This document shows positions 26,904-34,098 of a stretch of 42,604 nucleotides of DNA, one piece after another. The position numbers and the translations under genes were made by a program. Below the pieces are notes generated by a model that ran no database searches, had not been told where the DNA came from, and saw nothing but the letters and a program-made list of their open reading frames with translations. The DNA is from a virus (Duplodnaviria; Caudoviricetes), in the IMG/VR virus record IMGVR_UViG_3300016665_000377, positions 1 through 42,604 of that record; one strand, 5' to 3'. How positions within the stretch are numbered: the first letter of the stretch is position 1; each line of letters opens with the position of its first letter.

Positions 26904-26969
26904 CCGCATGGCGTGTCTGGGAAGTTGCAACTACACTCATGGCGCAGCCTTTCCACAATGTCATTCATC
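26904..26969. repeat. 66-bp repeat copy A (MxDIVERLR..CSCNFPDTPCG cassette head)
   Basis: 55/66 identical by hand alignment to 27979-28044; partial third copy at 27653-27677. Confidence 0.85.
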
Positions 26970-27149
26970 GCGCGCCTCCAGTACTTCCTTTTGCGCGTCA
27001 GACAGCGGCTTGCCCTTTACGGCCTTGCCCCACGCCACACACTTAATGCAGCGCACGACAAAGCGGCCAGCACGCCGCTCAAAATAGCCTTCGCCAACGC
27101 CAACCTTCTCCCTGCAATGGATGCAGCAACCGGGGTGTTTGTTTCTTAT
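26961..27149 (-). CDS. Small Zn-finger-like protein with ATA in the start position
   Basis: GGAGGAGG RBS then ATA-AGA-AAC (xRNKHPGCCIHC...CIKC); overlaps the upstream TAA. Confidence 0.5.
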   Translation of the reverse strand: MRNKHPGCCIHCREKVGVGEGYFERRAGRFVVRCIKCVAWGKAVKGKPLSDAQKEVLEARDE

Positions 27150-27676
27150 GCTTCCTCCTCCCCCGGCGCGGGCGGCAGGGGCATCCAGTGGGTGAACGCA
27201 TTCCAGTAATCCATGATTTGGTGATCGTGCGGGTTCACCCACCCCCAGCGGCCACACCGCTCGCCCCAATATCCGATAGCCCAATATCCGATAGCCCAGT
27301 GTCCGCTGGTGCTTGCCAGCACGATGAGCGGGCCAAATCGGTTATCGTCTCGCGTTTTGGGTGCCGTTTCTATCGGCCTCCAGCCGCTCGGCGCGGGCTG
27401 GCTGTCGAGGGCGGCGCGGGCAATTAGGTGGGGTTGGTCGTTCTCCGCCTGCCCCCAAGCGATATGGTGCAGCGCCTCCCGCAGCATCCTGTTCTCGGCG
27501 CGGAGGCCGGTGATCTCCCCAGCGGCGTTCCCCACATCGCCGCGAAGTCTCTTGATTGCTCCTGCGGCATCCAGCACTGCATTTGACACTTTGTCCCAAT
27601 CCTCCATGCTCAGGTTCATCTGAGTGGTGGCTAGGGTTTGAACCGTGTTGCACAGCCTCTCCACAATGTCAGTCAT
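27146..27676 (-). CDS. Cassette gene: DIVERL head, coiled coil, DUF551-like C-terminus
   Basis: 'MTDIVERL','EITGLRAEN','WRPIETAPK...THWMPLPPAP'. Confidence 0.75.
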   Translation of the reverse strand: MTDIVERLCNTVQTLATTQMNLSMEDWDKVSNAVLDAAGAIKRLRGDVGNAAGEITGLRAENRMLREALHHIAWGQAENDQPHLIARAALDSQPAPSGWRPIETAPKTRDDNRFGPLIVLASTSGHWAIGYWAIGYWGERCGRWGWVNPHDHQIMDYWNAFTHWMPLPPAPGEEEA

Positions 27677-28043
27677 CTTTCCCCTCCAGCGCGGCGTCAA
27701 TGCGCGCAAGGTCGCCCTTCAAGTCCCACTTCTCCTTAATGTAATCGGAGGCATAGTCCGCCCAGCCCTCAACGCTCACACGGGCGTCTTTCAGCGCCGC
27801 CCGCAGCCGCTCGTTCTCCTGCTCCACCAGAGAGCGGTCAGGCATCACGTTCTGCGGTGCGATGTCAGGAAACACGGACTTCCACGTGTCCAGCTCTTCG
27901 CGCAGCCGCTCGTTCTCGGCGCGGAGGCGGGTGATCTCGTCAGCGGCATCAAAGGCAGCGCGGCACTCTTCCTCTGCGCCGCATGGCGTATCTGGAAAGT
28001 TACAACTACAACTATTGCGCAGCCTCTCCACGATGTCAGACAT
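27669..28043 (-). CDS. Cassette gene: DIVERL head plus coiled coil
   Basis: 'MSDIVERLRNSCSCNFPDTPCG...ADEITRLRAENERLR'. Confidence 0.75.
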   Translation of the reverse strand: MSDIVERLRNSCSCNFPDTPCGAEEECRAAFDAADEITRLRAENERLREELDTWKSVFPDIAPQNVMPDRSLVEQENERLRAALKDARVSVEGWADYASDYIKEKWDLKGDLARIDAALEGKDD

Positions 28044-28044
28044 C
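27979..28044. repeat. 66-bp repeat copy B
   Basis: Matches 26904-26969. Confidence 0.85.
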
Positions 28045-28341
28045 ACTGTAACCCATCGCAGCCCGCGCCTGCTTTGCAGACTCGGCGTAGCCGAAGTGGT
28101 GCAGGCGATCCGCCGCGACCTTCAACGCCGCCTCAAGTCTCTCGATCTTCTCGACGGCGTCCGTTGCGTCGAGGCAGCAGTCTGGCCACGGGCGGTCGAG
28201 CAGGATCCGTAGACGGCGGTTCTCCTTGTCGGCCGCGGCGAGATCCGCCATCAGCTTCTGGACCGTGACAGACAGCGCCCGCTCGACGGGCCGCTCGCCA
28301 TTCAGCACCAGCAGCAAATTCTTCCATCGTGCCCTGATCAT
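28036..28341 (-). CDS. Hypothetical coiled-coil protein
   Basis: ATGA overlap; 'IERLEAALK' related to neighbouring cassettes. Confidence 0.65.
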   Translation of the reverse strand: MIRARWKNLLLVLNGERPVERALSVTVQKLMADLAAADKENRRLRILLDRPWPDCCLDATDAVEKIERLEAALKVAADRLHHFGYAESAKQARAAMGYSDV

Positions 28342-28538
28342 CCCCAAGTCGCTCCCTCGTAAAGTGAAATGCTGGCCACCGCGCCCGCCGACAGCGCGAT
28401 GGTTTTCTTCTTGTCCACACGCTCGACGGTGATGAGCCCACCACGGTTCAGTGCCTGCACGAACGCTTCGACATCATCGTAAGGCGCCCGCACCGGATAG
28501 CCGACGTTCACGCGGTCGCCGCTCCGCAGTGTCGTCAT
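28338..28538 (-). CDS. Hypothetical protein
   Basis: 66 aa, first gene after an AT-rich intergenic gap. Confidence 0.6.
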   Translation of the reverse strand: MTTLRSGDRVNVGYPVRAPYDDVEAFVQALNRGGLITVERVDKKKTIALSAGAVASISLYEGATWG

Positions 28539-28600
28539 GGCGTTGGTTGCTACCCAAAAAACTTTATTGCTTGCTGATATGTTGACCTCCCGTTCAACAG

Positions 28601-29107
28601 CTAAATAGCTGCCCCACGGCGGCGCGCGGCGTAAAGCGCAATTAAACTTGCTTCGGCCCTGCCAGACCTCTGAGCCTCCGCTCCACCCGCAAGGCCGTTG
28701 AATTTTTCGGCCATCGAGGGGATCAGTTCACAAGCGCGCGAGATCGCGTCTTTCTTGTCCTTCGGAACACGCAGCGCACTTTTCCACTCCTGCGGACGCA
28801 CGGGCTCGATCACAACGCCGCCGGCGGCAACCAGAGCCATCCGAATCAGTCCGCACCCGAACCCGAAGTTGAAGGCGCGCGGGGCGCTCTGGCCCGGGAT
28901 GCCACCCACGTCCTCGACGCAGGCAACCACGTCACCAATGACGGCCCTCCTGCGCACTAGCTCGAGCAAGGCCGTCTCGTCATAGATCGAACGGCGCTTG
29001 CCGTTCACGGTGCGCGTCAGCACAGGCATGTCGTCAATCAGCCAAGCTCCGCTAGCATATACTGCTATCGCGCCAGTAACACCGGGGTCGATTCCCATGA
29101 ATATCAT
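28601..29107 (-). CDS. RuvC-like Holliday junction resolvase
   Basis: 'MGIDPGVTGAIA','CVEDV','AFNFG','PQEWK','GRAEASLIALY'. Confidence 0.88.
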   Translation of the reverse strand: MIFMGIDPGVTGAIAVYASGAWLIDDMPVLTRTVNGKRRSIYDETALLELVRRRAVIGDVVACVEDVGGIPGQSAPRAFNFGFGCGLIRMALVAAGGVVIEPVRPQEWKSALRVPKDKKDAISRACELIPSMAEKFNGLAGGAEAQRSGRAEASLIALYAARRRGAAI

Positions 29108-29213
29108 GTAATCCTGCTATAGAGTCCAATGAGTTGCTATGTGGGGTGAAGCAATGTTGATATTAGCTATGCACGGCGATTCGCTGGATGTCAATGCTAC
29201 CCAGCAAAGGTGT

Positions 29214-29606
29214 TCAGTGACTGCGCTTGATCTTCTTTTCGAGCAGGTCCGAGAGCGTGGCCAATTCGTCTACCCGCGCACGGATCATCTGGCGCAGGTT
29301 GCGCGCGGCCTCTTCCGTGAGCTGCTCGCGGAGGCGGCCACCGATGTAGGCCTGGACGGTCGGCCTCGACTTGCCGATCAACTCGGAAAGCTGGTCGTCG
29401 GTCACGCCGAGCGCCAGTTTCACGCGCGGCAGAACGAGGTTCAACTGTTTCTCGATCTCTTCGACCACGACCATGTTGTCAGGGTCTTCGTTGTCCAGGT
29501 CCATCAGCGCCATCTGGATCTCGTGCCGCAGGGCCCGCGATGACATGCGGGCGATATCAGGGCGGCGGCGCAATCGCTCGACCACGGGGGTCAGCTCTCT
29601 TCTCAT
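29214..29606 (-). CDS. HTH protein (recognition helix KSRPTVQ), paralog B
   Basis: 'DQLSELIGKSRPTVQAYIGG'; ATG 29606 chosen because a terminator lies upstream. Confidence 0.7.
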   Translation of the reverse strand: MRRELTPVVERLRRRPDIARMSSRALRHEIQMALMDLDNEDPDNMVVVEEIEKQLNLVLPRVKLALGVTDDQLSELIGKSRPTVQAYIGGRLREQLTEEAARNLRQMIRARVDELATLSDLLEKKIKRSH

Positions 29607-29652
29607 GTGGCAGAATCCGTCATCAGGAATAGGAATACTGCCACCATAAGCG

Positions 29653-29683
29653 AAAAACCCGCCACGGGGCAAGTGGCGGGTTT
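29653..29683 (-). terminator. Rho-independent terminator
   Basis: AAACCCGCCAC/GTGGCGGGTTT stem followed by T5 on the minus strand, just after the 29701 stop. Confidence 0.75.
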
Positions 29684-29700
29684 GCAGATGGAGCAGCGCG

Positions 29701-30384
29701 CTATTCTTCATCGAGGGGCGCGTTGGCCGCCAGGTCGTTGAACTCAGCCAAGCTTGTCTCGACCAGTTGCTGCTGAGATTGCAGGATGTCGCGCATCTTC
29801 ATCAGATCTTTCTTTGACGGAGCCCAGTGAATGGCCCCCGTGAGGTAGAGCTGCACGGTGGGGCGCGACTTGTCGAGCAACCGCGAGATGCTTTCGGCCG
29901 TCATGCCAGTGGCGGTCTGGAAGGCGTTCAGGGTGCCGCTCGACACGCGCCGGGACTTCCGCTTGTCAGAGACGGATAGGCCACGGGGGCGCTTCCTGGG
30001 TGGCCGAGGGGGCTGGCGCACGGGGATGCCAAGCTTGCGCAGCCTCTTGTCTGAGACGGGCATAGCCGGCGGCGCGATCTCAGCCAAGAAGGGGTCACTC
30101 AGTTTCGGGCGCCGCACGACAACCTTGCGCTCTTTCCAGACACCCGCGTTATAGTCGGCCTTGGCCACCGCGATTTCCGTGGGCCCCTCATCGACGGAGG
30201 CAAGCTCAAGGGCCAGCATGATGGCCTCATCGGCATCGCCGGGATCGCCACCGGGGATGCCCTGCAGCAGCAGCCGCGCCTCCGCGCGCTGCTCCTCAAG
30301 GTTCGACACGTACTTGAACGAGGGGTCGTCAGCCAAGCAACGGGCGGCCTGCTGGACGGGGGTTGCGAAGGGCGAGGCCTCCAT
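29701..30384 (-). CDS. HTH protein (recognition helix KSRPTVQ), paralog A
   Basis: C-terminal 'ESISRLLDKSRPTVQLYLTG'; basic Pro/Arg linker. Confidence 0.7.
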   Translation of the reverse strand: MEASPFATPVQQAARCLADDPSFKYVSNLEEQRAEARLLLQGIPGGDPGDADEAIMLALELASVDEGPTEIAVAKADYNAGVWKERKVVVRRPKLSDPFLAEIAPPAMPVSDKRLRKLGIPVRQPPRPPRKRPRGLSVSDKRKSRRVSSGTLNAFQTATGMTAESISRLLDKSRPTVQLYLTGAIHWAPSKKDLMKMRDILQSQQQLVETSLAEFNDLAANAPLDEE

Positions 30385-30557
30385 CACAGTAACCCCGCCT
30401 CACGCAGCCGCTCCTCGATGCTCACCGGCTCCCACGAAACCTCATCAGTCACAGGGTCGCGGCGGATGAATCGCGCGTTGGCCAGCCGGTCATAATCAGG
30501 GCGCAGCATCCAGCGGCGCAGGTCGTAAAGGGTTTCATCGATTTTCAGGTGCGGCAT
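30384..30557 (-). CDS. Hypothetical protein (57 aa)
   Basis: GAGGAG RBS before ATG 30557 (MPHLKIDETL...). Confidence 0.65.
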   Translation of the reverse strand: MPHLKIDETLYDLRRWMLRPDYDRLANARFIRRDPVTDEVSWEPVSIEERLREAGLL

Positions 30558-30580
30558 ATTGTCTCTCCTCGGGTGTTGAT

Positions 30581-30622
30581 GTAGCAGAAACGACAGTAGC
30601 AGAAACGACAGACAACCGTCAA
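30581..30622 (-). promoter_or_regulatory. Sigma70-like promoter overlapping a 15-bp tandem repeat
   Basis: Minus strand TTGACG, 18 nt, TACTGT with TG extension; GTAGCAGAAACGACA x2 at 30581-30610. Confidence 0.55.
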
Positions 30623-30941
30623 CGGGGTGCGGTTTTGCGGTAGGAAAACTTGCCCAGCCAAGTAGGAATAAAAGGCAAGCTGGCCAGCAAAAGGGGCCTA
30701 AAAATAGCTCAGGAATGGCGAGGTCCGGGGGACACCCTAAAGGGGCCCCCGGCCCTGCCATATCCTGACCGGGGAAGAAGAAAACAGCGGAGTGTCTCAG
30801 CCGTGGCCATAGCGGCGTGTCTCAGGGCAGGGCGGGAGGGGGATTGTCGGGTTGGAGCAGGGGTGCTAGGTAGGCGGACACCTGACCGGATGAGAGCCGA
30901 TCAGGTGTCCTCACCAAAGCCAAGCAATGGAGCTGCCCGAC

Positions 30942-31343
30942 ATGGCTGACAGCAATCTAATCTTTCTCGCAATCCGTGGCCAGAGGTTCATTCACCTGGA
31001 AGGGAAGAACTGGCGCTCGTGGTGCCGCGTGTGCGGGTTCGAGTACGTGGCGACGGAAAATCGATGGGGCACCCGAAGCCTGCCCATGACTTGCCCGAAA
31101 CATCGTGACACCTCGATTGGCGGTCATTCGGAGCGGCATCACAATGCGAAGGCCGGTTCGGGGAGTTTGATCGGGTGGAACGGTGAGCGGTGGGTTGGCC
31201 GTCCCGCCCCGCATCTCGTTTCCGGTTTCGGGTATTATGACCACCTGCCCGAAGGCCTCCAGCCAAGCTACAGCCTGCCAGGAAGTCCTGCACCGGCTGC
31301 GCCGCGTCGAGCTGAAATCGAGGAGCCGGATTCCGACACCTGA
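30942..31343 (+). CDS. Hypothetical protein with Zn-ribbon-like motif, opposite strand to its neighbours
   Basis: GGAG before ATG 30942; CRVC...CPKH; followed by a bidirectional terminator. Confidence 0.6.
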   Translation: MADSNLIFLAIRGQRFIHLEGKNWRSWCRVCGFEYVATENRWGTRSLPMTCPKHRDTSIGGHSERHHNAKAGSGSLIGWNGERWVGRPAPHLVSGFGYYDHLPEGLQPSYSLPGSPAPAAPRRAEIEEPDSDT

Positions 31344-31489
31344 TGGCCAGCCCGGATGCATGCACGGTTGTGCGTGTTGCAGGTGCGAAAAGTCACGCGG
31401 CGTCATTTGTGCGCCGCGTCAAATTTTGAGGCATAGGCCTGTACCTGGCATGCGGCCGCAAGGCCTCACAGGCTCACAGGCTCAAAAGT

Positions 31490-31520
31490 AAAACCCCGCA
31501 ATTCGTCATTGCGGGGTTTT
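31490..31520. terminator. Bidirectional rho-independent terminator
   Basis: AAAACCCCGCAA-ttcgtca-TTGCGGGGTTTT between convergent genes. Confidence 0.85.
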
Positions 31521-31544
31521 CGCTATGGGCTCAAAGCGTGGCCA

Positions 31545-31730
31545 CTATGCCGCGATAGGACGGCCGTACACCACGCGGCCGCGCCACCCTGCTAGCAAGC
31601 TTGCGGCCGTCGCGGCCGCGCGCCGCGTGGCATAATGGCCTAGCGCGCACGAGCTGCCATCTTCAAACACGCGGGAAAGATTCCAGCGCGCGGCGCCGCG
31701 AAAGCTTTCTTTCTGTATCAGATAGTACAT
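31545..31730 (-). CDS. Early hypothetical protein (61 aa)
   Basis: ATG 1 nt after the upstream stop; ends before the terminator. Confidence 0.6.
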   Translation of the reverse strand: MYYLIQKESFRGAARWNLSRVFEDGSSCALGHYATRRAAATAASLLAGWRGRVVYGRPIAA

Positions 31731-31731
31731 T

Positions 31732-32046
31732 TCACCATGCTCCCATGCGAGCAAGTTTCATCCGATCTAGGTCAAGGCAGACACCCTGCTTTGCCAATGC
31801 CTCACAATAGGATTCGCACCATTGGGCGAATTGCCGTTGTTCGGAATCCCAGAACAAGCGCGCGGCGATTGAGGCCTTGTAGGGATTGAAAACGAGCATG
31901 GCGGATTGCCAAAAGATTGCCGCATCCGTTCCCATTGTAGGGCATTTGGAAAGCAGGAATCCCTTACGTTTTCCCTTGGTGGCCAATGCTTCTTTTCCGG
32001 CCGCGCGCACGCGGGTTTTCATTTCCGCAGGGCAATCAAATCTCAT
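31732..32046 (-). CDS. Early hypothetical protein (104 aa)
   Basis: GAGGAGG RBS before ATG 32046. Confidence 0.65.
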   Translation of the reverse strand: MRFDCPAEMKTRVRAAGKEALATKGKRKGFLLSKCPTMGTDAAIFWQSAMLVFNPYKASIAARLFWDSEQRQFAQWCESYCEALAKQGVCLDLDRMKLARMGAW

Positions 32047-32266
32047 TGGAATTTTCCTCCTCACGTTCGAATTCATAGTTTGCAGCGCCGCGCCGAATAG
32101 CATCCGCCGCGTTCCCGTATTTTTCAGGATTCATGTCGCACAAGTGAAGCAGGTCACAGATCAAATCAGGGATTGCGTCGCAATCATCCGTTCTGCATAC
32201 ACGCTGGAATGTCTTTAATGCTTCGCGCGCCCATAAAGCGCGCATTCCGTTATTCACATCATACAT
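32036..32266 (-). CDS. Early hypothetical protein
   Basis: GGAAGG RBS; 'R...A..AL...DLICDLLHLCD...NYEFE' small phage protein pattern. Confidence 0.7.
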   Translation of the reverse strand: MYDVNNGMRALWAREALKTFQRVCRTDDCDAIPDLICDLLHLCDMNPEKYGNAADAIRRGAANYEFEREEENSNEI

Positions 32267-32297
32267 TGCAGTTTCCTTCCGTTGCTATGGTTCACCA

Positions 32298-32322
32298 ATG
32301 GGGCGGAAAGCATCCGCCCCAT
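32298..32322. other. Intergenic hairpin (attenuator or processing site)
   Basis: ATGGGGCGGA-aagca-TCCGCCCCAT; no U-tract. Confidence 0.5.
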
Positions 32323-32400
32323 GACGTGAGCTCTAGTGGTCAAGGTAAAGAGCAAGGCAGGCTATAAGCGTTGCGCCTGTGATGTAGGCCAACAGAATGC

Positions 32401-33171
32401 TCATGCTGCAAACCGTGCTTTGGTGGCGCCGTGTGCATTGATGACGATGGAAACCCGCGCTTTTGCTGAAGTGCCGCCACAAGCGCGGCAATCGGCGCAA
32501 GTGGTTTTCTTGCCACTTTCTTCACTTGCGGGGCATGCAATTTCGATCTTTGGATTGATCGGCATAAGAGCCGATTTCACGCGGAACGTTCTCCAGCCTT
32601 GCGCATGCGCCGTGGCCATTTCCGCCTCATTATCTACGCTCGCCATGCAAAGCGCGGCGAATTGCGGGAAATCACGCCATTGGTGTGTGTAGCCATTGCG
32701 AGCGCGCGCGAATTGCGTGGCATGTGCCCAAACGCGGAATGGTGCGGCCGCTGGGTCTCCATATGAACCAAGGCGGAAAATGCTATCGCGGAACAAGTCC
32801 GGCAGGATTGCCGGATCAAAATCAATGTGCGGCCTTGCATATCGCGCGCGCTTATATGCGCCAAAGACACTTTCGACACTTCGGCCGATGTTAACATAGC
32901 AAGAGCCCATATTCGTGGGCCTGTGGGGGCAATGGCCACAAATCGCGAAGTCATAGCCCAGCCGCGCGGCATCGAGCGGCCGCATGTCCTGCCGGATGAT
33001 GAAAGTCTGAATCATTGCGCCCGTCTTTGCATTGTCACTATCGGACACAATGCGATTGGCAATCACGACGATTGGCGCACCGTCAATCAATGACGGGCCT
33101 TCGTACAGTATCACGCCACAATACTTGTCGCGCTTCAAGGCCTTGAGCATGTCGGAAACGGAATTGATCAT
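32401..33171 (-). CDS. Cys-rich early protein, possibly Fe-S/radical-SAM-like
   Basis: 'CGHCPHR....CYV','RLGSYGDP','GYTHQW','MASVD','CPA...CADCRAC'; RBS AGGA. Confidence 0.75.
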   Translation of the reverse strand: MINSVSDMLKALKRDKYCGVILYEGPSLIDGAPIVVIANRIVSDSDNAKTGAMIQTFIIRQDMRPLDAARLGYDFAICGHCPHRPTNMGSCYVNIGRSVESVFGAYKRARYARPHIDFDPAILPDLFRDSIFRLGSYGDPAAAPFRVWAHATQFARARNGYTHQWRDFPQFAALCMASVDNEAEMATAHAQGWRTFRVKSALMPINPKIEIACPASEESGKKTTCADCRACGGTSAKARVSIVINAHGATKARFAA

Positions 33172-33202
33172 TGGAATTGTCCTGTATCGAAATTGCTACT
33201 GA

Positions 33203-33379
33203 TTAGACGCAATAGGCGCGGAAAGCGGCGGCCGTTTTCATGTCAGCATATGCGCGCATGAGGCCGTGGCCGATATCTTCCAAACGCAATCCGAATTGCG
33301 CGGCCGCATCAATGGCGAATTGATCGGCGCGCGGAAACTCGACTAGCACCATGTTTCCATACCAAGCTTTTGTTTTCAT
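33203..33379 (-). CDS. First early gene (58 aa)
   Basis: AAGGA RBS; directly downstream of the early promoter. Confidence 0.6.
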   Translation of the reverse strand: MKTKAWYGNMVLVEFPRADQFAIDAAAQFGLRLEDIGHGLMRAYADMKTAAAFRAYCV

Positions 33380-33426
33380 TGGTGTTTTTCCTTTCTTGCG
33401 CGTTCGGCGTGATTGCCTTGTCTCAC

Positions 33427-33468
33427 ATAATAGCGTTTTCGCTATCGCATGCAATAGCGCAATTGCTA
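33427..33468 (-). promoter_or_regulatory. Major early promoter with two TAGC-N6-GCTA operators
   Basis: Minus strand TTGCAT (33454-33449), 16 nt, TATTAT (33432-33427); palindromes at 33431-33444 and 33455-33468. Confidence 0.75.
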
Positions 33469-33503
33469 GTTTGACCAGTTGGTAAAACTTTGCAGCGTTC
33501 GGC

Positions 33504-33562
33504 GCGTTATTCCCGCTCGCACATAACGCCTGCCCCGTTATTCCCGCATCGCCATAACGCCT
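33504..33562. repeat. Two tandem ~27-bp units, each an inverted repeat CGTTAT-N12-ATAACG
   Basis: cgttattcccgctcgcacataacgcct and cgttattcccgcatcgccataacgcct. Confidence 0.75.
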
Positions 33563-33959
33563 TTCCGCATATATCAGTCTGGCATATGAGTGCGCTTGCT
33601 ATGCTGCATTACGGCATTGCTGCGATGCGGCATTGCGGCCGCATTGCCGCAAGCAATCGAGCTATTCGGCGCTTCGGCGCTTCGGCCGCATCGCCCGCCC
33701 CGCCCCGCCCCGCCGCGGCATCGACCCCCGCCCAGGGGTCCGGCGATGCGGCGACCAGGCCCCCACCCCCCGGGGTACCCCCAAAGCGGCCACCAAGGGG
33801 CCCCGGCCCCAAAACCCCCTAGTACTAGCGCATGCTGGGACTCCTGCCGCATCGCCTCCTCTCCCGCAGCGGCGGACCTCCTACACGAGGCCAACACCGC
33901 CCCTGAACCCGCAGGCCGTAACGCCGATATCGAAATTCCGCTATCGGACAGCACCACCC

Positions 33960-33987
33960 TTGCCAGCGCGAGCAGCCGTGCTATCGT
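33960..33987 (+). promoter_or_regulatory. Sigma70-like promoter of the sRNA
   Basis: TTGCCA (33960-33965), 16 nt, TATCGT with TG extension; overlaps 1-mismatch site GAGC-agccgt-GCTA. Confidence 0.65.
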
Positions 33988-33991
33988 GACG

Positions 33992-34070
33992 GCGCTCTCA
34001 TGCACGAGGGCGTTTCCTCCCTGGGAACCAACTGCCCCGGTGGCCGCCCCGACCATCGGGGCTTTTCTTT
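33992..34070 (+). ncRNA. suhB/MmgR (alpha-r8)-like small RNA
   Basis: 5' hairpin, single-stranded TTTCCTCCCT, then GC stem and TTTTCTTT terminator; ~78 nt; no credible ORF. Confidence 0.65.
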
Positions 34071-34098
34071 GTGCGGCGCATAGCGTAAAAGCTACATC

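Noticed and set aside
26624-26968. 114-aa ORF as a real gene
   Set aside because: Only the first 22 codons match the cassette; the rest is out-of-frame integrase sequence.
29053-29067. TAGC-N7-GCTA in the resolvase gene, and GCTA-N2-TAGC at 28600
   Set aside because: Wrong spacing or orientation; not counted as operators.
30876-30910. Hammerhead ribozyme
   Set aside because: Lacks intact CUGANGA and GAAA cores; just a hairpin.
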